Assembly (NCBI GenBank): GCA_039179045.1 | Contig: JBCDEZ010000009.1 | Location: 1 to 35,792, forward strand | Source: Chlamydiota bacterium | Lineage (GTDB): Bacteria; Chlamydiota; Chlamydiia; Chlamydiales; SM23-39 | Direction: 5' to 3' | Length of the DNA stretch: 35,792 bases | Shown here: positions 1-9,600 of the stretch, piece after piece | Layout: each line of letters starts with the position of its first letter | Position numbering within the stretch: the stretch's first letter is position 1 | Translations under genes and position numbers: made by a program | The notes under the pieces: model-generated | Database searches by the model: none | The model's input: only the letters and a program-made list of their open reading frames with translations | Told to the model about the DNA's origin: nothing

Positions 1-51
1 CTCTTTTTACCAATTCTCGGTTAACTCTTTTCCAATCACATTTTCGCATCA

Positions 52-86
52 GAAGCTCCTTAGATTTTTTATAGATAAGGAGCTTC
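52..86. repeat. Inverted repeat / hairpin (11 bp arms, 13 nt loop), possible terminator
   Basis: GAAGCTCCTTA (52-62) and TAAGGAGCTTC (76-86) are exact reverse complements; no strong U-tract, so function is uncertain. Confidence 0.45.
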
Positions 87-151
87 GCTTGTTTATGGGC
101 TTTTTATCAAGGTTTTCCTAGAGATTTTTTCAACAACGCCATGCACATCAA

Positions 152-367
152 CGGAATCGTGAGTCTGCAGAACTGTTGCTTAAGAAAATGCCCGAAGACC
201 TAAAAAACCATCTTTTGCACAGATAAGTTCAATATGTACTACGAAGTTCTTCCTTGGAAAGAACATCAATCCATTAGAAAAGGGACTGGTAAGACAAGCT
301 ATATGGAGCGTTTTAATAACGCCCTTAGACAGGGTTATCCCAGGCTAGTTAAGAAAAACTCGAAACT
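152..367 (+). pseudogene. IS1-family transposase (InsB) C-terminal remnant, frameshifted
   Basis: Reads RNRESAELLLKKMPEDLK, then shifts frame near the A6 run (202-207) into IFCTDKFNMYYEVLPWKEHQSIRKGTGKTSYMERFNNALRQGYPRLV. This matches the IS1 InsB pattern TD...Y......H...K..TS.IERFN..LRQR..RLVRK. Confidence 0.8.
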
Positions 368-426
368 CAGGTTATCTAAGAGAACCGCCTGCCTTTTGCA
401 AAACATTTATTCCTTTAGGAATTGCT

Positions 427-3147
427 CTATACGGAACGAGGTTTTGGGGTGCCCATCGCCTCAGAGGAAGCGCTCTCATCAAAAGAAGGCGGCTTGGGAG
501 GTGCGATCTTGTGTAAAGATTCGAGCTCTTTGAGTTTTTGCCGCTTTTCCTCGGCATCCCAAGTTCCGTCGAGAATTTTCAACAGGTCCTCCTCGCTAAG
601 GGTTTCAAACTCCATCAACATGTCGGTTACAAGCTGTACCTGCTCTTTATGCTCTTCCACAATTTGGTAAGCTCTTTCATAGGCTTCTTGCAAAAGTTTG
701 TGGATCTCGGCATCGATTTGCTGCGCTGTTTGCTCTGAATAGCTCTTCTCAGAGCGGTTTTGCATACCGAGATACTGCCCTGACTCTGAGCGCTCATCGT
801 AAGAAACAAGCCCAACTGCATCGCTCATACCCCACTCGCAAACCATACTGCGAGCGAGCTCTGTCGCATGGGAAATATCTTGGCGAGCTCCAGATGACTG
901 ATCTTGCACAAATAGATTTTCCGCGGCACGTCCTCCCATCAAAACCGCAAGGATATCGAGCACCTCCTTTTTCCAGTAGCCTAGACGGTTTTTCTTCGGG
1001 ATGAAGTGGGTCGATCCAAGAGAACTGCCTCGGGGAATGATGGTCACTTTATCGATCGGATCGTAATGGTCGACTTTCAAACCCACAATGGCGTGGCCAG
1101 ACTCATGGTAGGCCGTTGTTTTCTTCTCAGTATCGTCCATCTCCAAGCTTTTACGCTCTTTGCCGAAGCGTACCTTGTCACAAGCTTCACGCGTTTCTGC
1201 CTCGGTGACCGCAAGACGCCCCTTCCTCGCTGCCAAAAGAGCTGCTTCGTTCAGTATGTTCTCCAGGTCTGCACCTGAAGAACCAGGCGTTTTTTTTGCA
1301 ATATTGAGGAGGTTGACAGAAGCATCAATTTTGATGTGGCGCGCATGCACCTTCAAGATTTCGTGGCGCCCTTTCACATCAGGTAAATCCAAAACAACGC
1401 GCCTATCAAATCGTCCCGGACGTAGTAGCGCCTTATCCAAAATATCGGGACGGTTGGTAGCTGCGATTAAAATCACACCCTCGCGTGTATCGAATCCATC
1501 CATTTCCACTAGGAGCTGGTTGAGAGTCTGTTCTCTTTCATCATGCCCTCCCCCAATTCCTGCACCTCTATGCCTTCCTACAGCATCGATTTCATCCATA
1601 AAAATAATGCAGGGAGCATTTTTTTTTGCCTGTTCGAACATATCCCGGATGCGACTTGCCCCAACGCCCACGAACATTTCAACGAAGTCAGAACCAGAAA
1701 TAGAAAAAAAAGGACGATTTGCCTCACCTGCTACAGCTTTGGCAATCAATGTTTTTCCCGTGCCTGGAGGGCCGACTAAAAGTACACCTTTAGGTATCTT
1801 TGCGCCCAATGCGGTGAACTTGGAGGGATCGCGTAGGAAATCGACAATCTCTTTGAGCTCTTCTTTTGACTCTTCTGCCCCTGCTACGTCTTTGAAGGTC
1901 ACTTTATTGGCCTCTTTTGTCAGCAAACGGGCAGGCGACTTGCCAAAATTCATAGCAGTGGATCCCATTCCTTTCATCTGACGGGAGAAGATAAAGTAGA
2001 GGAGCATAGCGACCAAGATCACTGGCAAAAACGTGAAAAAGTACCCGAAGTAGTTGGGAGAGGGCTCTTCACTTTTGTATCTTTTCTGAAGCACAGTATT
2101 GATTGGCTGATCTGGAGCTTTGAAATAAAGTCCTTTATTTTGCTCAAAGTTATCCCACTCTTGCTTGCTCTGCTTGAACCACTGGAGGAAAGCCTCCCGG
2201 TCCTGGTTTTCAAGAGCATTCGTGCTGATCTCCTGGTTGTTGAAAAACCAGACAGCATCTGCTACCTTGGTGCGCGCTTTTCTCAAAAGAGGCACTTGCG
2301 ACCGCAATTGATCGGCAACAAGCGCATATTGCGCCAAATCTTCTGTATAAGAGCGAACTGAGCGCAAGGGCAAAAGGCGTACACCTTCTTGCATCTCGTC
2401 GATATTGCGCGTGATCGCTCTCAAAGATTGCAGAGCCGTTCCTACTTTCCCAAGGGAAGAAAAACTCGCATTCATCTGAGACATCTCCTGATAAAGATTC
2501 TTCAAGGTGTCCTTATTTTTCTGATCGCCGATTCCGAGTGAAGGGGATTGGTAGAGTTGGATAAGCGTTAAAAGATCATTTTGAAACAAAGAGAGATCAG
2601 AGGAGTTCCTCAGCGAAGAGAATCGCTCTTCTAACTGAGCGAGATGGATCCGGTTTTTCGTGGGAGCTTGTGTAATAACAATCGCATTTTTGCGCTCTGC
2701 AGTGTCGTACCTCCGATCTACAACAACATACCCCCCCTCAGGAAGAGATTCCCCAGAAATACTCAAAAAGTAGTTCGCAGCTCGCAGAACATTGTCCCGG
2801 AACGCTACAAGCGCGGAATCAAGATCAGCTAGGTTTTGTTGCAAGTCCTTTTCCTGCTTCAAAAGAGTCAAATACCGGAAGCGATTCTCTCCTTCCTCGC
2901 TGACACGATCGAGGAACTGCCCCGAGAAAGTTACAAGATTCTCTTTTACAGCAATCTTGCGGCTTTGATCGCGATCGATGAGGTGCAAATTCTCTAAATG
3001 CTCAAGTTGATGGCTATAAGAAACGCGCCCCATTTTCCCTGAAGAGAAACTATGCAAGGTCAACAAAAATAGGATCACTGCGAAAATAAAAACAAGAAAT
3101 CCTGCAGGAAGACCACGCTTTGGTGAGGAATTTTTGAAATCTGCCAT
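427..3147 (-). CDS. ftsH: ATP-dependent zinc metalloprotease FtsH (chlamydial type with long periplasmic region)
   Basis: Two TM helices, Walker A GPPGTGKT, Walker [30 protein letters not shown], Zn motif HESGH. ATG at 3147 (TTG alternative at 3150). Confidence 0.98.
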   Translation of the reverse strand: MADFKNSSPKRGLPAGFLVFIFAVILFLLTLHSFSSGKMGRVSYSHQLEHLENLHLIDRDQSRKIAVKENLVTFSGQFLDRVSEEGENRFRYLTLLKQEKDLQQNLADLDSALVAFRDNVLRAANYFLSISGESLPEGGYVVVDRRYDTAERKNAIVITQAPTKNRIHLAQLEERFSSLRNSSDLSLFQNDLLTLIQLYQSPSLGIGDQKNKDTLKNLYQEMSQMNASFSSLGKVGTALQSLRAITRNIDEMQEGVRLLPLRSVRSYTEDLAQYALVADQLRSQVPLLRKARTKVADAVWFFNNQEISTNALENQDREAFLQWFKQSKQEWDNFEQNKGLYFKAPDQPINTVLQKRYKSEEPSPNYFGYFFTFLPVILVAMLLYFIFSRQMKGMGSTAMNFGKSPARLLTKEANKVTFKDVAGAEESKEELKEIVDFLRDPSKFTALGAKIPKGVLLVGPPGTGKTLIAKAVAGEANRPFFSISGSDFVEMFVGVGASRIRDMFEQAKKNAPCIIFMDEIDAVGRHRGAGIGGGHDEREQTLNQLLVEMDGFDTREGVILIAATNRPDILDKALLRPGRFDRRVVLDLPDVKGRHEILKVHARHIKIDASVNLLNIAKKTPGSSGADLENILNEAALLAARKGRLAVTEAETREACDKVRFGKERKSLEMDDTEKKTTAYHESGHAIVGLKVDHYDPIDKVTIIPRGSSLGSTHFIPKKNRLGYWKKEVLDILAVLMGGRAAENLFVQDQSSGARQDISHATELARSMVCEWGMSDAVGLVSYDERSESGQYLGMQNRSEKSYSEQTAQQIDAEIHKLLQEAYERAYQIVEEHKEQVQLVTDMLMEFETLSEEDLLKILDGTWDAEEKRQKLKELESLHKIAPPKPPSFDESASSEAMGTPKPRSV

Positions 3148-3268
3148 CAATACTTTCCCTTGTGTAAATTGGTTTTCGACGAAAAAAAATTAATTCATTA
3201 CATCATAGGCGTGCTTTTTTCGTAAAGATTGCACGACCGGAAAAAAGTTCCGTGGAAAAAAATACCCC

Positions 3269-4594
3269 TTAGGTCACCACCTCATCCCCATTCTGGAATA
3301 TACCAAAAAAAGGAGTTTCTGGGGAGGTATTTCTAAGCAACGCGCACTCTGAGAGAGGAAGTGTGATCCACTTGCCTACAGCAGTTGTAGAGAAAAAAGG
3401 AGCGTGCACATCACCCGTATCTGCTACGAGAACTGGAAATCGTTTCCGTAAGGGAAGAGGTATGCCTTTTTTAGCACAGGATCGGATGCAGGAGGCGGGA
3501 GCTACTTGGAGGGTATAATATTTACCCACAGGCACAAAGAATCGGACATCTCCCCGAAAATAATCGGTCCAAGATAGCGGACATATCCGCTTTTCTGGGT
3601 CGCTCATCCCTAGATCGATCGTCTTCGGATGGACCATCGCTACTTGTCGTTTCCAAAAAAAAAGCATATCCCTGTAGAGATAAACATGCTCTTTTCCAAA
3701 TGGAAAAAAGAGCCCTGACTTTTTCTCTTTGATGCTTGCCAGAACCTTCAAAAGAGAGGCTCGGGAGAAGAGATACTGCCCTTCTTCCAGTTTCTGGCGG
3801 ATCAGATACTCCCGTTCACATGGATCTAAAGAAGAGAGCCGGAAAAGCGCCTGTCCGAAAGGGCCACCTACACTATGCTCTTTTAATAGAGCAGCTCTCC
3901 TTGCCAAATAGTCTGAAAAGCCCTGAGCAGTCTTGCCAAGAAAGAGAAGATTTTTCTGGAAATTCTTCCCAAACACCTCTTCAAACAGGGGAAACAAATG
4001 AGAGCGGAGCCGTGCACGGAGATAGCGAGGATCGCAGTTTGAAGAGTCATGGAAATAGGAGAGTCTCCTCTCTTTTACGAAGAGCTCGAGCTCTTTTTTC
4101 TCCACTTCTAAAAGAGGGCGAAAAATGCGCAAACCTTTGAGAACGATTTCTTTTTGCATCGCAGAAAATCGGAGGAAGTAGGCACCTTCTAAGACACGTT
4201 GCAACACGGTTTCTGCTTGATCTTGTGCGTGGTGCGCCAAAACTACTCCTTGCGCGCCGAGCTTTTTCACAAGGAGATGAAAGTAGGCGTACCGATCTTG
4301 ACGAGCTCTCTCTTCTCGATTATCCCTGCTTTGGGTGACAAGTTTCTCGCTGTAGAAGGGAATGTGTAAAACAGCGCACTCTTGGCCGATCTCTTTTTCC
4401 TCTTGATCCGACTCAAGGCGCCACCCGTGATTCACATGAACAACAACCAAAGGCAGGCCTGGATGGTATTCTCGTAGCGCGTAGAGAAGCGCCTTCGAAT
4501 CGACACCGCCGGAATAGGCCACTAGTAAAGGAGTATCGCAAGAGAGAGTGGAAACCCACTTAGACAGGGTGGAAATGAAGCTGGGTTTTCTCAA
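3269..4594 (-). CDS. tilS: tRNA(Ile)-lysidine synthase
   Basis: PP-loop AYSGGVDS, HVNHGWR, AHHAQDQAET, IFRPLL, DSSN..R.R.R motifs; lies next to ftsH. TTG start is uncertain. Confidence 0.95.
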   Translation of the reverse strand: MRKPSFISTLSKWVSTLSCDTPLLVAYSGGVDSKALLYALREYHPGLPLVVVHVNHGWRLESDQEEKEIGQECAVLHIPFYSEKLVTQSRDNREERARQDRYAYFHLLVKKLGAQGVVLAHHAQDQAETVLQRVLEGAYFLRFSAMQKEIVLKGLRIFRPLLEVEKKELELFVKERRLSYFHDSSNCDPRYLRARLRSHLFPLFEEVFGKNFQKNLLFLGKTAQGFSDYLARRAALLKEHSVGGPFGQALFRLSSLDPCEREYLIRQKLEEGQYLFSRASLLKVLASIKEKKSGLFFPFGKEHVYLYRDMLFFWKRQVAMVHPKTIDLGMSDPEKRICPLSWTDYFRGDVRFFVPVGKYYTLQVAPASCIRSCAKKGIPLPLRKRFPVLVADTGDVHAPFFSTTAVGKWITLPLSECALLRNTSPETPFFGIFQNGDEVVT

Positions 4595-4616
4595 AGAGAT
4601 GACCTATAGTAAAGAG

Positions 4617-5639
4617 ATGATTGTATTTATCTACCTGCTACGGGGGTTTTTCCGGCGATTTGTCATAGTCGCTATCGGATGCATCCTTGGCTTAACTGCC
4701 ACGAGAGCTCCCGCGATCGGAAATTTTCTCTCCTTAAGCCCGGATGGGTACGCCCTCATAGCATTTTTATTCTACCAAATCATCTATATTATTCCGATCG
4801 CACTGCCCATATCGTGCCTCGTAGCGACCGCACTTACGATCGCAGATCTACAGAGAAGAAAAGAGTGGGTGCTTTTGCGTACTTCTGGTCTTTCTTTGCC
4901 TCTTCTTTTTCTCCCCTTTTTTTTCTCGTCTTGCATAATGGCAGCTCTTTGCTTTTGTGCAGGAGAAATGGCCAGCCAAGGCAAAGCTCTCCGAAGAGGC
5001 CTACTGCACCAGGCAGCGAAGCGCTCGCCTGTTGGCTGTTTTTTGCATGCATCCCCAATCAGAAATACCGTTTGGTGGTCTCAGCAGAGGGAAGGGGAAT
5101 TCCAGATTCTAGGGAAAAAGGGCAACGAAGAGTTTTTTCTCAGTGGTGGAACTTCTCGAGGAGAGGAGAATCTCGGGCAGTGTACGCTCATTGCCTTTTG
5201 CCCCACTCTGGATTTTCCCGAGGTGCGCTGGAGCACCTATTGTCAAGTTGCTTTAGAAGAGGGCGCTTTCAACCGGATCTCTCCCCCTGCAAAGTGCAAA
5301 CCGAACTCTAGTAGATTTCTTGCGCTTTTCTACCAGGCAGGAGGACTAAGTGAGAAAGAGTGCCAGCACGAAATGTTGCGGAGGGTCGCCCTTGCCTGCG
5401 CGCCTCTTAGCTTCACTTGGCTCGGGTTTTGCAGCATGTTGCGCGGAAGGGAATCTACGGAAAAAACTTCTTGGATGAAGATATTTATCCACTTCTTTCT
5501 TTTTTTCTTACTCTACTTCTATGCAAAATTGGCAAAAGTAGGAGGCCTTTGGGGAAGCATCCTGTTTTTTGCTCCGCACGCTACTTGTATTCTTTCAGGA
5601 ATACGCTCCTTTTTTGGTCGTGCAAAAGGTAGTATATGA
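4617..5639 (+). CDS. lptF: LptF/LptG-family LPS export permease (LptF-like)
   Basis: YLLRGF N-terminus, IPIALPISCLVA and EW..LRTSGLSL motifs, 3+3 TM layout; tandem with a second permease next to tilS as in Chlamydia. In-frame ATGs at 4599 and 4617. Confidence 0.8.
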   Translation: MIVFIYLLRGFFRRFVIVAIGCILGLTATRAPAIGNFLSLSPDGYALIAFLFYQIIYIIPIALPISCLVATALTIADLQRRKEWVLLRTSGLSLPLLFLPFFFSSCIMAALCFCAGEMASQGKALRRGLLHQAAKRSPVGCFLHASPIRNTVWWSQQREGEFQILGKKGNEEFFLSGGTSRGEENLGQCTLIAFCPTLDFPEVRWSTYCQVALEEGAFNRISPPAKCKPNSSRFLALFYQAGGLSEKECQHEMLRRVALACAPLSFTWLGFCSMLRGRESTEKTSWMKIFIHFFLFFLLYFYAKLAKVGGLWGSILFFAPHATCILSGIRSFFGRAKGSI

Positions 5640-6607
5640 AAATCTGGTTACGGTGGCTACTTTCCCGGTTGATCCTTGCAAATTTGGCCTTTTTTTGCCT
5701 TTTTTCTGGCTTATACCTTTTGATCGATCTTCTTGCCTCCTTTCGTCAGGTAAGAGCGCAATGCACTTTTGACGCCTGCATTTGGTGGTTTTTGTATAGA
5801 ACAGTTCAGCAAGGTCAGCTCTTGGGCCTAATGAGCTTTTTATCTAGTCTTGTTCTAACAAACATGCAAATGGAGCGCTCACTAGAATGGTTGGTTTTCG
5901 CCTCGCAAGGTTTCCCCAAACGGCACCTATGTATACCACATCTCTTAGTTGCGTATTTCGTGTGTGGTTCTTTGTTTTTCCATCAGGAATACCTCAACCC
6001 CCGCCTCCAAGCTGCTCTTTACGAACTCCAAGGAGAGTCTCCTCCTCCGGTAAAATTGCTCCTCCGAGATGGCACGACCCTCATCTATGCAAGAAATGTA
6101 GGAAGGCAGCTCCTTACGGCTTACTGGATTAAAAGCGAACATGAATTCTGGCGCATGAATGCAGTAGAGCTATTTCCAGGAAATATGGGGAGATACATCG
6201 ACTCTTTTCAAAAACAAGAAGGAGGAGAATTTGCAAAAACAGAATCTTGGCAAGAAAAAAAGGTACCTTTTGCTCCTTTGCTAAGCGCAACAGCCTCCCC
6301 TATTCTATCTTGTTTTGCCTATCTAAAGGAGGGGATCTTCCCTGGAAAAATGCTGCTACAGGCCGCACTCTGCTCGTTAGTGCCTCCTCTTTTGCCTCTC
6401 TTAGCAGCTTGCTTGCTTGCTCCGATCTTGCTTGTACCTCACCCTAAGCAGAGCTCTTCAAAAGAGAAATGGGGTGGGTTTTTACTGGTTGGGGCCGCCT
6501 ACTGCATGCAAACGCCCTTATTTTGGGGAGGCATATTTACGTCTTTTTCCCTCACATTTTTTTTGTGCTATGCAATCGGGGCGCTATCTCGATACAAGGT
6601 CTCTTGA
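5636..6607 (+). CDS. lptG: LptF/LptG-family LPS export permease (LptG-like), divergent
   Basis: MKIWLRWLL start, LYLLIDL, EWLVFASQG motif, multi-TM; ATGA overlap with the upstream permease. Confidence 0.75.
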   Translation: MKIWLRWLLSRLILANLAFFCLFSGLYLLIDLLASFRQVRAQCTFDACIWWFLYRTVQQGQLLGLMSFLSSLVLTNMQMERSLEWLVFASQGFPKRHLCIPHLLVAYFVCGSLFFHQEYLNPRLQAALYELQGESPPPVKLLLRDGTTLIYARNVGRQLLTAYWIKSEHEFWRMNAVELFPGNMGRYIDSFQKQEGGEFAKTESWQEKKVPFAPLLSATASPILSCFAYLKEGIFPGKMLLQAALCSLVPPLLPLLAACLLAPILLVPHPKQSSSKEKWGGFLLVGAAYCMQTPLFWGGIFTSFSLTFFLCYAIGALSRYKVS

Positions 6608-9600
6608 TCACCCGATCTGCTTTCGGATTTTGGGCTCGGTAAAAGCGGTCCGGCCCCCTCGTAATCCACAAACCCTGGCCAGGGGCGTAAATCTGACGAT
6701 CACAGTAAATCTTACCCGACTGCAGATCAACCCGAGAAGAAGCAAACCGCCAAGGATTGAGCAGAGGTGTACCGAGAAAGTTTGTCTCCTGCCCGAAAAG
6801 GGTGAAGTGGGAATGTTCTACTAGTGAAGAAAGATCTTCCGAGAGAATTCCCACTGTATTGCCAAAGCAGTCTTGTAGTGGATAGTAGACCTCATCGAAT
6901 AATTCGACATAAAGCATGCTGGGAATTTTTTTCGAAGAGCGTTCTCGAATAATCCTCATTTCTACCATACGGTCGTTCTGGTAGCGGCCGATTTCATATT
7001 CACCGTCGTAGAGAAACTGGGTCTCGTAATCCCATTTCCATCTCCCCTCTTCCGAGGAATAGACGCGCATGGCCACTCTTCTGTGGTATCCATCATACAC
7101 ATACTCAATCTTGAAGACTCCATAAACGGTATAAGAAATCAGCCGATCGAGAGCGTCATAGGTATACATAATAGTCGTATTTCCAAGAATTTCTGAATTC
7201 ACATTCCCATTTTCATCGTAGAGAAACTGGATCCGTTTTTCATTTCCCCATTCCTCGCCGCGCTCTTTTACTTTCGCGCTGTTCCAAAACGGGTAGCGCA
7301 CCTGATCCGAGTAGTCTACGGAAATAGATCCGCTCTCCTGAAGAGGCAATCCCAAGAGATCGTAGGAAAAAGCCTGTCGAATAGACTCACCAAATATAGT
7401 GGTATCGAGAAGAGAAATCTCTCCACTCTCTTCTCTCTCTACGATGTTTTGTTGGAAATGATCTTGGGATTTTTTGCGCAACCTTCCAAGAGAGTCGTAT
7501 TCGTAGAACGTATCGAATGCCGATTGTTCCCGCAAAATATTGCCCGCAAGATCGTATTGCAAGCATTTGTGAGAGAAGGTACGTTGCTGGTATTTATCAT
7601 AGCGGTGAACTGCATACAAGGAGATTGGATCATACTCATACACGATGGCAGACGCGTCGGGAAATTGGATCTCTTCTTTGCGTCCAAAGACATCCCTACG
7701 AAAACTCAGAGAAAGTCCATTTTCAAATGTCTCACGGTCCAAGTGTCCTTGCTCATCGTAACATCTGTTTGTTGCCATTCCTGTAATGTGATTCTTACAA
7801 AGAGCGGGGCGCCCATACAAATCGTAAGCATATTCGTAGTCCACGCTTCCATCAGATGCGGAAATGCGTACAAGGCGATCTTCAAAGTCATACTCACTTG
7901 TCAATACCACGCCGTCTGGCTTGTAGGTTTGGTGTAACTGTCCCGTCGGGGTATACGTATAGTAGAAATTGCGCCTCTGTCCCGATCCAGGAAACTCTTG
8001 ACACGCCTCTACACGATCCATCACATCGTACTGGTAAGCAGTTTTAGAAAACTGGTAAGCGCCTGATCGTGCCAACGCCTTTCTACGACGTTCGATCAAA
8101 TTGCCGCGAAAATCGTAGAAATAACGCTCCTGCTCCAAAACAAGATCTCCTTGCTTTTTGCAGGTTTTGAGGAGTGTGCCGCGGCTGTCTCTATACTCGA
8201 TCGCCTCTAAACCAGAGGGGAGTTTTTCAGAGATTTTCTCTACATGGATCCCACTTTTCAATTGTTCTTTTTCATATGTATACTCTGTTTTTTTTCCTTC
8301 CGGATCGATTGTATAAAGGAGGCGATGGATGGAATCAAATGCACGCTGCGTTACACAAGGTTGATTGTGTACATACGATGTGGTAGCAGTGCAATCCCCC
8401 TCTCGAGAATAAGTATACTGCTCTCGGAAAATAGTTCGATTTCTGGGAAAGTCTTCGTGGACCTTTTTTTCTACTACCTTACCAGCGCTGTTCCACAGAT
8501 ACTCTTCATGAAATTTGAGAGAAGTATCTTCATAAAAAATATGCGTTAGCCTACCGAGAGAGTCGTATCGATAGGACTCTTTTTTACCTGCAACTCGCTT
8601 TGCACTCCTTCGACCTGCAGCATTGTACTCATAAAATATCTTGTTCCCCTCTCCGTCGATCTCCTTGATGAGGTGCAAAGCGTTGTAGAAAAAACGTTTC
8701 TCTTTCAGAAGAGTTTTTTGAGGAGAAAGCGTTCTTTGCTCCTGGCACCTTCCCCAACCATCGTACGTATATTCCTGGATGACACCACGCTCATTGACTA
8801 AGCGAACTAGGCGCCCTTCGAGGTCGTAGCTCATCTCTTTTTTGGTCCCATCCGCGTTCTGCAGAAAATAGGGATGACCATCGAGAGTATAGCGAATCTT
8901 TTTTTCCAACTTGCGCCCTATGAATTCTTCTGTCAAACAGCCATTGCAATCAAACTGATGAATTGTAGTGGGTCTTCGCACGACCCCATCATTCGCTTCA
9001 ATAGGAGCGTGCAAAGTCGTGCGCATCTGACCTAATCGGGAGTGGGTATAAAGCGTTGACGCTCCTAGATCGTTTACCTCCTCTTGGACCGTATCTAAGG
9101 AATTGTAGTGACAAGCTCTCCAAGAACACTGCTCGACAGGAGACACTTTTTCGAAGAATTCTTGAGCCCAGCCATCCTGTTTGAAAGGATCTATAAGGGC
9201 GTCTGGTTTGTGTAAGATAGATAGGATATAATCCGAATTTGCACCAGAAAAAGTAGCAAAAGAACCGACAAAAGTTCTCTCAAGAAGACGATCTTTTGGC
9301 TCCTCATAACAGGGGGTTCCTGCAGGATTGCATACCACCTTCTTAGAAACCTTGCCTGATATATCGTACGTATATTTCGTTAAGCCAAGGAGTCGAGATC
9401 CCCCTGTTTGAAAATCGACACACCAGTGCTCTGCTGTGTCGACAAATCCAGGAAAGGCTCCTTCGGAGCGGAGCTGATAGTTGGTCATCTGCCTTTCTGT
9501 AACACCGTTCATATCTTCTATATTCGGAGTGTTCCCATCATCGTAGATGATCTTTTTGAGTTGCCCACGCCTGTCACGTTGATAAAATGTGCGTCGGAAG

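Noticed and set aside
1160..1981. 273 aa plus-strand ORF, and the many other antisense or nested ORFs in the track
   Set aside because: Shadow frames of conserved genes (here ftsH) with no independent motifs.
2050..3050. Very long (~330 aa) periplasmic region in FtsH
   Set aside because: Characteristic of chlamydial FtsH proteins (~900 aa); useful for taxonomy, not novel.
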